Virus record (IMG/VR): IMGVR_UViG_3300042347_000063 | Coordinates: 1 to 31,845 of that record | Source of the DNA: a virus | Taxonomy: Duplodnaviria > Caudoviricetes | Direction: 5' to 3' (one strand) | Length of the DNA stretch: 31,845 nucleotides | Part shown: positions 18,876-27,509 of the stretch, piece after piece | How the letters are laid out: each line of letters opens with the position of its first letter | How positions within the stretch are numbered: position 1 is the stretch's first letter | The notes under the pieces: generated by a model | Told to the model about the DNA's origin: nothing | What the model saw: the letters and a program-made list of their open reading frames with translations, nothing else | The model's database searches: none | Program-made: the position numbers and the translations under genes

Positions 18876-20735
18876 TTATGCTTCGATATAGGTCTTGCTT
18901 ACCTTAACAAAAGTATCTGCTGCTGCAGCAGTAACCTGAAGAAGAACATTGCCAGCGTCATAGACAGCATTTGTTGTTCCTAGTTCACCATTGCTTTGCA
19001 CATTAGCATATTCTGTTAGATAAACATTGTTTGATCCATCCACAGCAACAAGCATCTCAATTACTTCAATGTTGCCAGACTTTTTCATCTGAACAACATA
19101 CTTAGCAGCAGAATATGTTGTTGCTGACCATGTATCAATTGTTGTTGCTGATGTTCCAGCAGTTGCTAGAGCAGATCCAACAAGAGCATCTGGAAGTGTT
19201 ACAGATCCAACGCTTACACCGCTAAATGCTGGTGTTGCTGTTGAATGAAGGTCTTGTGGACCAGATAGTGTAATTGCACCAGTTGATGCACTTGCAGTAA
19301 TCTGATTTGCTGTACCAGTGATAGAGAGAACACCAGTGTTTTCAATTGTGTCAGCATTTACCTGAATACCAGTTCCAGCACCAACATTAAATGTATTTCC
19401 ATCCAATGTCATACCAGCGCCACCAACGTATGTACCAGCGCCTGAGAACTGTGTAAATACTATTGCATCTGTTCCAATTGTTGCTGGCTGATTTGTTTGT
19501 ACCCAGCCAGTTCCAGCATTTGCTGTACCTGAATATACGAATACAAAATCGCCAGAATCTACCTCTGATGCTGTATCAAAATCTGCTGCACGGGTTGGCT
19601 GACCTGAAGCCTGAACTACGTAAATACCGTTTTCAGATTGTGTTGTCTGGTTCTTAACAAGAATACGGTTGCCAGTAGCAAGGGTAATTCCATCAAGAAC
19701 ATCTCCGTTTTCAAGAGCATTTGCAAGATTAACATTTGCAGTTGTTGCTGCGACTGCAGACTCATGAATGTGCAATCCTTCTGCAACTGAATCTACATAA
19801 GCCTTTGTTGCAGCATCTGCTGCATCAGTTGGTGTTCCAAGGCCTGTAATCTTGTATGTTGCCATACTAACAGCGCCAGTTGGTGCTCCAACAGCATTTA
19901 GTGCAAACTCTGAAGGGTCTACAGAAATTGCTCCAGTATTATCATCATAGTCAAGACCATTGCCTACAGAGTTTCCAACAGCATCTTGTGCTCTTTCATC
20001 TGTAAAGTACTTGTTTGTTGAACCTTCTGCAACATCATCAGATCCAAGGGTGCGTGAACCACCAAGAGAAACTGAAGTACCGTTGATTGTAATTGCAGAG
20101 TTTGTAAGTGAGTTATTTGCAATGTTTGAAAGTGTGTTGTCTGCACCAGAAATTGTTTTATTTGTTAAAGTCTGGCTATCTGATGAACCTACTACTGTTC
20201 CAGTTGGAATTGCCTTTTGAGCAGCAGATCCGTCAATGTTTCCAGAGGAATCTGATACAACAAAACTAGATGCTGCAATGCCAGAAACTGTATTATTATC
20301 AACACTTATTGTTTTATTTGTTAGTGTTTCAGTGCTTGATGCAGTAATGAATGAGCCTAGATCCGAAGTAAGTGCTACTGTACCAGTTGCGTCTGGGAAT
20401 GTGATTGTGCGGTCTGCTGTTGGGTCTGTTACTGCAAGAGTTGTTTCAAAGTCGTTTGCTGTTGTACCTTCAAAAGTAATTGAAGATTCAAAAACTCCAA
20501 CTGCTGGGGCTGCTGCCCACTTGATACCATTTGTTGCATTAGAATCTGCTGTAAGAATATGTCCATCAGTTCCAACTGCTAAACGGGTAACAGTATCTGC
20601 AGCAGAGGCAACAAGGATATCACCTTTTACATCTACCAGTGCTTCTGTTAGTATATCGTGTCCATTAACGGTCGCAGTTGATCCCTCAACTACCAGTCCC
20701 GCTTTTACTCTAAAATCTTTTGTTACTGTTGCCAT
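18876..20735 (-). CDS. Tail fibre protein
   Basis: 619 aa; shares the [10 protein letters not shown] repeat and a ~150-aa 'KITGLG...[16 protein letters not shown]...QFSGAGTY' domain with 16332-18356; 'AEGSTNKYFTDERA' motif. Confidence 0.8.
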   Translation of the reverse strand: MATVTKDFRVKAGLVVEGSTATVNGHDILTEALVDVKGDILVASAADTVTRLAVGTDGHILTADSNATNGIKWAAAPAVGVFESSITFEGTTANDFETTLAVTDPTADRTITFPDATGTVALTSDLGSFITASSTETLTNKTISVDNNTVSGIAASSFVVSDSSGNIDGSAAQKAIPTGTVVGSSDSQTLTNKTISGADNTLSNIANNSLTNSAITINGTSVSLGGSRTLGSDDVAEGSTNKYFTDERAQDAVGNSVGNGLDYDDNTGAISVDPSEFALNAVGAPTGAVSMATYKITGLGTPTDAADAATKAYVDSVAEGLHIHESAVAATTANVNLANALENGDVLDGITLATGNRILVKNQTTQSENGIYVVQASGQPTRAADFDTASEVDSGDFVFVYSGTANAGTGWVQTNQPATIGTDAIVFTQFSGAGTYVGGAGMTLDGNTFNVGAGTGIQVNADTIENTGVLSITGTANQITASASTGAITLSGPQDLHSTATPAFSGVSVGSVTLPDALVGSALATAGTSATTIDTWSATTYSAAKYVVQMKKSGNIEVIEMLVAVDGSNNVYLTEYANVQSNGELGTTNAVYDAGNVLLQVTAAAADTFVKVSKTYIEA

Positions 20736-20748
20736 TTTATCTCCTTAG

Positions 20749-21195
20749 TTAAGCCTTCAGACCAATACGCAAATAGCGCAAGGTAATCGGGGTTTGTCCA
20801 CCCACTGGAACTACAGTTAATGAAACTGTATCTCCTGCTCTAGACACGGAGATGGTGCCAATATTCCCATCATTGTCTACTGTGCCATATTCACTAACAC
20901 TTACATCTGTATTGTCAGGGACTATGGTTAATTCTGTAGCGTAATACTTATTAGCGCCACCAGAAGTCTTTTTAATTGAGACCATGTACTTTACTGATCT
21001 CCACTCGCTGGCTGAAAAGTTATCAAAAATTGTTGAGTTCTCAATGCCGTTAATTGTAACCTCATTGTTACCATCTGAACCAAGATCTGTTGATCTTGCA
21101 GAGGTACTGTCAATCAAATCTTCATAGTTTGTTTGAGTAGGTCTATCTCCAGTTTGAAATAGAGACTTTATGCTTGAGATTGATAATTTAGCCAT
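20749..21195 (-). CDS. Virion structural protein
   Basis: N-terminal 'KSLFQTGDRPTQTNYEDLIDS' anchor motif; the C-terminal domain resembles the C-terminus of the 619-aa fibre (D.F....RS.KY.V.IKK...E...EYG). Confidence 0.65.
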   Translation of the reverse strand: MAKLSISSIKSLFQTGDRPTQTNYEDLIDSTSARSTDLGSDGNNEVTINGIENSTIFDNFSASEWRSVKYMVSIKKTSGGANKYYATELTIVPDNTDVSVSEYGTVDNDGNIGTISVSRAGDTVSLTVVPVGGQTPITLRYLRIGLKA

Positions 21196-21216
21196 ACAGG
21201 AATTATATCACATATT

Positions 21217-21441
21217 TTAAAGTATATAGTTACTGTAACCAATAATTTGTAGGGGAATTGGGGGGACAACTCCTGGACCACCTGCTGGAATCATAACAGA
21301 TGAAAACCTAATTCTAAAAGGAAGAATTTCATCAATCCTTACGCCTCTATCTATAGTTTCAAAAGAAGTATTTAGGTAATTTTCTATCTCAATACGTCTT
21401 GTACTTACTGGTTGTTTTCTAGATAATGATACCGTTGCCAT
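21217..21441 (-). CDS. Hypothetical small protein
   Basis: 74 aa; TAATG-coupled to the upstream gene. Confidence 0.6.
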   Translation of the reverse strand: MATVSLSRKQPVSTRRIEIENYLNTSFETIDRGVRIDEILPFRIRFSSVMIPAGGPGVVPPIPLQIIGYSNYIL

Positions 21442-21857
21442 TATGCAGTTACATCCTCTAAGACTGTCACCTTACCCTGAGCAACGGTCCAAACAATAGC
21501 GTCTGAAGGAAGAGATAGTTCAATGTCAAAAATATCATTTGTTTGAAGACTAGCAGTTTGTGCTGCTGTTAGAGAAACTGTAAACTCTCCATCTTCATCA
21601 TCAGCATCTGCTGCAGGTGTTAATGTGTATATAAGTGTTGCAGTGTCTGTTATCTGACCAGGGACAACTGGGCTTGTTGTTGGTCTTTTAATCTGCATAG
21701 ATATTGTCCAGTCAGGTATGTTTAATGGCTGACGAGCATCATCTGTTACGTATACCCGAAATGCTGCGGTATCACCTTTTACAAATGTCCAATTAACAAA
21801 TGGTGGGGCCTCTCCAATGTCATATGTTCCAGAACCACTACCTCTATAAGTTGCCAT
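21441..21857 (-). CDS. BppU-like beta-sandwich baseplate/structural protein (paralog 1)
   Basis: Start refined to ATG 21855-21857 (TAATG overlap). Contains 'VNWTFVKGDT..F.V', 'VSLTAAQTASL', 'FDIEL' and 'TVAQG.V.V..DVT'. Confidence 0.6.
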   Translation of the reverse strand: MATYRGSGSGTYDIGEAPPFVNWTFVKGDTAAFRVYVTDDARQPLNIPDWTISMQIKRPTTSPVVPGQITDTATLIYTLTPAADADDEDGEFTVSLTAAQTASLQTNDIFDIELSLPSDAIVWTVAQGKVTVLEDVTA

Positions 21858-22387
21858 TACGATAACCCTGCTTTCAATGATCCCCAAGTTCCGTTACCCT
21901 TTGGCTGACCCACAAGAATAATTCCACTTGATGCGTTTTTCTTTAAAACAATTCCTACTGCTCCAGAACCTGTAACTGGAATTGTCGCTGTTAATCCACC
22001 ACCATTAGCAACATATAATTTATTACCAACATTGTAAGCGTTAGTATTAATATTTGAAAATACACCAGACAATAAAACAACTCCATCGGAACTGTTTGAT
22101 ATTGCTGTTGTTGCTAGTCCTACTACTGGAAATGTTGATAAGTCATCAGAGTCACATTTTGTAACTGCAGGTTTAGATGTTCCATACCCTGAAATATAAA
22201 CTGGATCACCTTTAGCAATAGAGGATCCACTATTATTTGTTACTTCAAGTGTGTGGTATGCGGGACCAATGGTTCCTAATAAAGACTCAACAGTTTCAGC
22301 CAATGACTGAATATCCTCGTGAACATTTACTGGATCACTGGATAGTGGATAAGGTATATCATAGTTTGTTGTTGAACCTGTAGCCAT
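21857..22387 (-). CDS. Minor virion protein with a DUF2190/cement-like C-terminal domain
   Basis: Start refined to ATG 22385-22387. The N-terminal 'TTNYDIPYPLSSD' anchor is typical of actinophage minor tail proteins; 'NNSGSSIAKGDPVYI...GLATTAI...LYV...GGLT' follows. Confidence 0.55.
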   Translation of the reverse strand: MATGSTTNYDIPYPLSSDPVNVHEDIQSLAETVESLLGTIGPAYHTLEVTNNSGSSIAKGDPVYISGYGTSKPAVTKCDSDDLSTFPVVGLATTAISNSSDGVVLLSGVFSNINTNAYNVGNKLYVANGGGLTATIPVTGSGAVGIVLKKNASSGIILVGQPKGNGTWGSLKAGLS

Positions 22388-22473
22388 AGTATTTACCATT
22401 ATACCACTTCATGCTTACAGTTTTATAACAATTTAATAAAAATGTCAAAAGTTGGACTTTTGGGGCAAAAACA

Positions 22474-22482
22474 TGTTATACT
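22474..22482 (+). promoter_or_regulatory. Extended -10 promoter (TGTTATACT) for the lysozyme-like gene
   Basis: About 50 nt before the ATG; the leader contains a CACCAG-ATAA-CTGGTG hairpin and SD AGGAGG (22519-22524); divergent from TGGTATAAT at 22398-22406. Confidence 0.6.
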
Positions 22483-22532
22483 TGGTAGTAACACCAGATA
22501 ACTGGTGCTTTTGTTTCTAGGAGGTTTATTTG

Positions 22533-23105
22533 ATGAGAAGAGACAAGAAGGCTTGGATTGGAATCCTATCATTAGTTGGATTACTAGCACCTATAAGTAA
22601 TTCTGCTAACGCAATATCTAATACAACTGAAAATAATTTATTGAGTAATAAGTCCGTGACTGCCCCTGCCGACCCTAAGTCGGCCTTTTTGGTTTCTAAG
22701 CCAAAAAAAGTTTCAGTTTTGGCAAAGTATAAAAATGCTTCGTCTTTAACAGATTACGAACTCGTTGAATTATTGAAGGCTGTAGGCTTTACTGGAAAGG
22801 GTCTAAAGACTGCTTGGGCTGTAGCCAAGGCAGAATCAAACGGAAGACCTTTTGCATTTAATGGAAATGCTAAGACTGGAGACAGTTCTTACGGGGTATT
22901 CCAAATAAATATGATCGGAATCTTGGGACCTGATCGTAGAGAAAAATTTGACCTAAACGCTAACGCTGAGTTATTTAACCCAGTAAAAAATGCAAAAATT
23001 GCATTCCACATGACCAAGGGTGGAACAGACTGGAAGTCTTGGAAATATGCTAAAACTGCCCCTGTACAGAGATGGTTAAAGAAATTTCCACATGAGCACC
23101 TATAA
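22533..23105 (+). CDS. Secreted lysozyme-like / lytic transglycosylase (SLT-type) protein
   Basis: Signal-peptide-like N-terminus (MRRDKK-hydrophobic-ANA), catalytic 'AVAKAESNG', 'SYGVFQIN', 'LFNPVKNAKIA', 'DWKSW'. Start is ATG 22533 (or TTG 22530). Confidence 0.85.
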   Translation: MRRDKKAWIGILSLVGLLAPISNSANAISNTTENNLLSNKSVTAPADPKSAFLVSKPKKVSVLAKYKNASSLTDYELVELLKAVGFTGKGLKTAWAVAKAESNGRPFAFNGNAKTGDSSYGVFQINMIGILGPDRREKFDLNANAELFNPVKNAKIAFHMTKGGTDWKSWKYAKTAPVQRWLKKFPHEHL

Positions 23106-23116
23106 CGATTAAAGTA

Positions 23117-23160
23117 AAGAACCCCATTGGATTTCTCCTTTGGGGTTTTTTATTTTATTT
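23117..23160. terminator. Bidirectional intrinsic terminator between convergent genes
   Basis: AAGAACCCCA...TGGGGTTTTT stem with a T-tract on + and an A-tract before it; sits between the convergent stops at 23105 and 23193. Confidence 0.75.
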
Positions 23161-23192
23161 TGTATTTACTAGAGGATAAACACTTTTATTAT

Positions 23193-23492
23193 TTATTCAG
23201 TAATGCTTAGAGAATGTTCAGAGTTAGGGCATTCCCAATTGCAAGTTATCTCATCTAACTGTGCCTCTTCATGACATTTAGGAGGTATAAAAGCATCAAG
23301 ATCTTCACGATACTCCATACCTATACCTGCATATCTAACTCTAAAGTTATTATTGTATGATGTTTTTATCCAACGACCGCCAATGTTGTCTATAAGCCAT
23401 TGGTAACCTTCATCACCGTTAGGGTCATTATTATCACCAACAGTTACACGAAGTACAATGTTGTTATCATCAAGTTCTGCCCAATGTGCCAT
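23193..23492 (-). CDS. Small partner protein of a glycine-rich gene (MAH[YW]A family, copy 2)
   Basis: 'MAHWAELDDNNIVLRV...WIKTSYNNNFRVRYAGIG..Y.EDLDAFIPPK'; paralog of 15122-15469. Confidence 0.8.
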   Translation of the reverse strand: MAHWAELDDNNIVLRVTVGDNNDPNGDEGYQWLIDNIGGRWIKTSYNNNFRVRYAGIGMEYREDLDAFIPPKCHEEAQLDEITCNWECPNSEHSLSITE

Positions 23493-24559
23493 TATCCACC
23501 AACCGATGCTCTTGTATAACGGACAATAACAATTCCGCTAGATCCAGCAAATCCATCACCAGCATTACTGCCTGAGTATCTTGCTGTAGTAATAGACCCA
23601 CCTGCTCCACCGTCTCCAGTGTTACCGCCTCGATTACCACCACCAATTCCATAAGTGGTTCCGATACTAAATATATTTACGCCAGAGTTACCAGCAGTTC
23701 CAGGTGTAGTACCACTACCGCCACCTGCTCCTGGGTATCCAGCAGTTCCATTACCACCTTGTGATCCTGTACCACCAGATCCTGTTGCAGATCCGTCATT
23801 GCCAGGTCCATATTGGTTATTCCATTGACCGCCAGCACCACCGCCACAACCTCCGCCACCACCATTGCCACCAGCCTTGTCTCCGCCATGTCCACCGCCT
23901 GTTGCACTTAGACTAAAACCAGTTGTTGGATTTCCGCTACCTGGGCCGCTGCCTCCCTGAACTGGGGCACTTCCACCGCCACCAATTGTAATGTTATATG
24001 TTCCAGAAAGTGTTTGAGCATTAGCATTTCTGTATCCGCCAGCGCCACCATTGCCACCTTGAAATGCTTGACCATATCCAGTTCCATTATCAAAATTAGA
24101 AAAGAAACTCCAGTTACCAGCACCGCCACCTCCGATAAGAGCGTAATCGGCTACTACAGATCCATTGGTTACTGAAAGAGATCCATTTGATGTAAATGTT
24201 CTATAATAATAAGTTGAATCTGAAGTCAAGGTTCCGCCAGTGACTACTGGTGGATTTATAGGGGTAACCGAATTACTTGCTGCAGATGAGTCTGAGGCTG
24301 CCCCATAGTTTGTTGTTCCAAAAACTGAAAAAGTATAAGCGGTACCATTTGATAATCCAGAAACCGTGATTGGGGAGCCTGATCCTGTTCCTGTAAAAGA
24401 ACCTGGAGAAGAAGTTGCTGTATAAGAAATTGTGCCCTTACCAATGTAAGAAGAAGAGGTAAAGTTTACAGTAGCCTGTGCATTTCCTGAAGATGCTGAC
24501 CCAATTACAGGAGAACTAGGTTTTTTACCACCAGAACTATTATTTCCAATTATTGGCAT
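23492..24559 (-). CDS. Fibronectin type III plus glycine-rich-domain virion protein
   Basis: FN3-like 'P..P.IG.A..GNAQATV.F...YT.TS.PG...SPITVSGLSNGTAYTF.V', then a Gly-rich domain ending 'GSSGIVIVRY'. Confidence 0.75.
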   Translation of the reverse strand: MPIIGNNSSGGKKPSSPVIGSASSGNAQATVNFTSSSYIGKGTISYTATSSPGSFTGTGSGSPITVSGLSNGTAYTFSVFGTTNYGAASDSSAASNSVTPINPPVVTGGTLTSDSTYYYRTFTSNGSLSVTNGSVVADYALIGGGGAGNWSFFSNFDNGTGYGQAFQGGNGGAGGYRNANAQTLSGTYNITIGGGGSAPVQGGSGPGSGNPTTGFSLSATGGGHGGDKAGGNGGGGGCGGGAGGQWNNQYGPGNDGSATGSGGTGSQGGNGTAGYPGAGGGSGTTPGTAGNSGVNIFSIGTTYGIGGGNRGGNTGDGGAGGSITTARYSGSNAGDGFAGSSGIVIVRYTRASVGG

Positions 24560-25284
24560 TAGGCACTCAAATCACCGACAAGAACCCAAGTATTTGTGTC
24601 ACGTTTAATTAACGTGGCAGATGACCATTGTGTTCGTAACTTTAAACCAGGGGTAGCATTAATTGTTACACCACCAGTAGCGACGACAGTCGTTTGTCCA
24701 AGGCCTGTTTGAAGTATATTTATTTGGGCACCAATTGGATAGGCAACAGATGAATTTAATGGCACAGTAAAGGTATTGCTAGAACCATTGTTCATTTCAA
24801 CTAATTTTCCATTATCTGCAAGTACTGCAGTATAGGTAGTTCCAGTTTGTGCATTAATTGAAAGATTAATAATTGGAGCAGTTAATGTTTTGTTAGTTAG
24901 AGTGTTAGTGCTAGAAGCAGTTACCTCTGGAGTTGCCCACTCAAGACCAGTTGCTGTTGCACTGTTTGCTGTAAGAACCCTTCCATTTGAACCTACCGTC
25001 AAAACAGATAAAGTGTTATCTGCTGAGGCAGACAATAAATCTCCCTTAGCATTAAAACTTGTTTCCTGGATTGCAGTTCCTCCTGACAAGGAGTCAATCT
25101 GATCCTGAAGGTCATTTATTGTATATGCTATAGATGGATTTACTAATTCTGCTGGATCTGTTTCTGCTGTATCAAATGTATATGAACCATAATGGTATAC
25201 ACGTAGTGCAGCCTGAATATCTGCTTGGTCTGAAAGACCTGGAATTTTTGTAGGTACTAAACTACCAATTGATTCTGCTGCCAT
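24559..25284 (-). CDS. Tail fibre-associated protein
   Basis: 'AKGDLL.ASADNT...L.VG.NG.VLTA.S..ATGL.W' motif shared with the 619-aa fibre; C-terminal 'INAQTGTTYT...W.LVGDL' domain. Confidence 0.65.
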   Translation of the reverse strand: MAAESIGSLVPTKIPGLSDQADIQAALRVYHYGSYTFDTAETDPAELVNPSIAYTINDLQDQIDSLSGGTAIQETSFNAKGDLLSASADNTLSVLTVGSNGRVLTANSATATGLEWATPEVTASSTNTLTNKTLTAPIINLSINAQTGTTYTAVLADNGKLVEMNNGSSNTFTVPLNSSVAYPIGAQINILQTGLGQTTVVATGGVTINATPGLKLRTQWSSATLIKRDTNTWVLVGDLSA

Positions 25285-25313
25285 ATTTTCACCTCATCAA
25301 GATTATACCATAA

Positions 25314-25892
25314 TTAGATAACTACAGTTATAAACAGATGTACCGTTACCTCTCCTGTTAGGTTAGACCAAGCGCTGCTTGCATACCTTGCTGCATTAAG
25401 ATTGACTACTAAGTTTGTTCCAGATCCTGCAAGTGCGGGTATCTCAACCGAAGAAGCAATTGGAGCAGTATTTTCAATACTATACTGAACATTAAAGTTA
25501 GATGCTGTAAGAGGAGTTCCAGAAACTGTAACTATGTTGGCTATAGGAATAGATATTGATGCTTCTCCTGAAGCAAATGTTACTGTATGTCTTTTTGAAT
25601 AGAGTGTTGGAGAAATTCTTAAAACTTGTGTCCAAGTATTTCCACCAGTTTCAGAAATGTATTGATAAAGATATCCATAGTTTGCTCCAGGTGCTGAGTT
25701 GATATACATATCATATAGATTAATTGTTTCACTAAAAATAGCACCGTTTGTTGTTAGAGAATTTGGTTCTCCAGTTCCAACAAAAAATTTACTACCACGT
25801 TGTCCTGTTGGACCAATATCAACTAACAGTTCTACTACTTCTGGTGGCCCAAGAACAGTAATATCATCATTTGATAGCAAAACATCTGGCAT
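25314..25892 (-). CDS. Virion structural protein (tail/baseplate)
   Basis: 'GPTGQRGSKFFVGTGEP...DMYIN...LYQY....W' is a motif of actinophage minor tail proteins. Confidence 0.55.
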   Translation of the reverse strand: MPDVLLSNDDITVLGPPEVVELLVDIGPTGQRGSKFFVGTGEPNSLTTNGAIFSETINLYDMYINSAPGANYGYLYQYISETGGNTWTQVLRISPTLYSKRHTVTFASGEASISIPIANIVTVSGTPLTASNFNVQYSIENTAPIASSVEIPALAGSGTNLVVNLNAARYASSAWSNLTGEVTVHLFITVVI

Positions 25893-26239
25893 TATACTGC
25901 TCCAGAAATATCGTCTGTTACAGTAATTGTTCCAGTTAGAAGTGTATAAATCTCAATACCATTTTCAATTTCAACATCGTATACGTATGTTCCTGGTTCT
26001 AGATCTCTACCAACAGTTGGAGTAATTGTGCAGGTAACTATGTCAGAAATCTCATTAACAACAGCATTAGCAGTGTATTGAGTTCCTTGGGGACCTCTCT
26101 GATTAGCAATTGTAAAACTGGCATTATAGTCTGTTAGTTCAAATGAAGATCCATCATTTGCATTTTTAGGACGGGCTACAAACTCAGCAGTGTCACCACG
26201 GTAATAGTTAAAATCATAAGTACTTGGAAAAGCCATCAT
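25892..26239 (-). CDS. BppU-like structural protein (paralog 2)
   Basis: 'YDFNYYRGDT..F', 'L.PGTYVYDVEI', 'TLLTGTITVTDDIS'; SD AGGAGG and TGGTATAAT (26254-26262). Confidence 0.6.
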   Translation of the reverse strand: MMAFPSTYDFNYYRGDTAEFVARPKNANDGSSFELTDYNASFTIANQRGPQGTQYTANAVVNEISDIVTCTITPTVGRDLEPGTYVYDVEIENGIEIYTLLTGTITVTDDISGAV

Positions 26240-26262
26240 TATCCTCCTAGTTCATTATACCA

Positions 26263-26997
26263 TTAAGAAATTGATATATATATACCCTTTAAGATAATGG
26301 TAGATTCATTATCTGTTCTTGCTTGAATTATGCCACCTTCTGATCTAATTTTAGATATGTCGACATACAGGGTTTGGTTAACAGACATTTCATATGGATA
26401 CTTATACTTTAGCATTCCTATATATGCTGTTGGGGATTCTACTTTTGGAATAAAGGTTCTAATCCAGGCCTCTGTATTATTTACATCAGTAGTTAAAACA
26501 ATGTCGTACCTTATATCTATTTTGGCACCAATTTTTAATTGTTTAAAATTAATTCTTTGAGTTACTGGATTCCACAAAGATACAGAATTTGCTGGAAGAA
26601 ACCTTAATATGCTGGAGTCTTCATCATCTTTCATAGTAATATTAACCCATCCATCATCACCCCTGGTGGGGCCAAGAAGAATCAATCTCTTATCTTTATT
26701 TTCATAATAAGCCCAACCTGGATACTGTCCTGATGGAGAATCATAGCCTTGTGCTCCCCTGCCAGGCTCTCCCCGCTCTCCTTTAGGTCCTGCCTTGCCT
26801 TCTTCGCCCCTTGGTCCTTGAGGGCCTGTATCACCCTTCTCACCTTTGTCGCCCTTATCACCTTTAGGGCCTACTTCTCCCTTTTCCCCTTGAATTCCAG
26901 GTACGGCGACATACTCAACATTGCCCTGATTACTTCCTTGGTTAGATTTTATTGCCTCTGAATATTTTGGCTTAGGAAAATCCATACTCTTTGCCAT
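26263..26997 (-). CDS. Collagen-like (Gly-X-Y) virion protein
   Basis: About 16 consecutive Gly-X-Y triplets (GIQGEKGEVGPK...GERGEPGRG), then a globular C-terminal domain. Confidence 0.8.
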   Translation of the reverse strand: MAKSMDFPKPKYSEAIKSNQGSNQGNVEYVAVPGIQGEKGEVGPKGDKGDKGEKGDTGPQGPRGEEGKAGPKGERGEPGRGAQGYDSPSGQYPGWAYYENKDKRLILLGPTRGDDGWVNITMKDDEDSSILRFLPANSVSLWNPVTQRINFKQLKIGAKIDIRYDIVLTTDVNNTEAWIRTFIPKVESPTAYIGMLKYKYPYEMSVNQTLYVDISKIRSEGGIIQARTDNESTIILKGIYISIS

Positions 26998-26998
26998 C

Positions 26999-27088
26999 TT
27001 ATGGCTTCTTTACTTTAAAAACCTTTTTGCCAATTTTAATAATTGGAGGCAAATTTGTTTGTGGAACTGTAACCTTAACAACTGGCAT
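26999..27088 (-). CDS. 29-aa basic micro-protein (MPVVKVTVPQTNLPPIIKIGKKVFKVKKP)
   Basis: Below the ORF-track cutoff. Fills the gap exactly: TAATG overlap with the upstream gene, stop 1 nt before the collagen ATG. Confidence 0.6.
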   Translation of the reverse strand: MPVVKVTVPQTNLPPIIKIGKKVFKVKKP

Positions 27089-27492
27089 TATAAACTACCT
27101 CCTGGAGTAACATCTCCTAATACACATATGGTTCCAAGAACTGGGGTCCATACGGTATCTTCTGTCTCTCCTTGGGCTGCTGGAATTATTACTTGCAAAT
27201 CAAATGGTAGTTCTGCAACTACAGACCTATAGGCAATTCCCCAATTTTTAGATATATCTGCTGATATAAAGATAGATGCTTCTGATCCATCAACTATAAC
27301 GTCTAATTCGTCCAGAACATCTCCACTAGAGTCATAGGCTGTTGCAGAATATGTCCAACCATCCGTATCCCAATAGGTTACTTCATCATCTTCAAGAAAT
27401 TGAACAAGTAGTGTGGATGAGTCTCCTCGGACGACTGTCCATTGCACATGGGCTGGTGTTGCGCCTAGTTTTTCGGTTGCTGGAGTACACAT
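27088..27492 (-). CDS. BppU-like structural protein (paralog 3)
   Basis: 'VQWTVVRGDS..L.V.F', 'FDLQV', 'WTPVLGTI.V.GDVT'; leaderless TGGTATAAT (27500-27508). Confidence 0.6.
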   Translation of the reverse strand: MCTPATEKLGATPAHVQWTVVRGDSSTLLVQFLEDDEVTYWDTDGWTYSATAYDSSGDVLDELDVIVDGSEASIFISADISKNWGIAYRSVVAELPFDLQVIIPAAQGETEDTVWTPVLGTICVLGDVTPGGSL

Positions 27493-27509
27493 ATCATTGA
27501 TTATACCAT

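Noticed and set aside
16660-20748. Plus-strand ORFs up to 170 aa antisense to the fibre genes
   Set aside because: Mirror-frame artefacts of Thr/Ala/Gly codon bias; they lie fully inside well-supported genes.
22483-22532. c-di-AMP (ydaO) riboswitch before the lysozyme-like gene
   Set aside because: The leader is only about 45 nt with one small hairpin, far too short for that aptamer.
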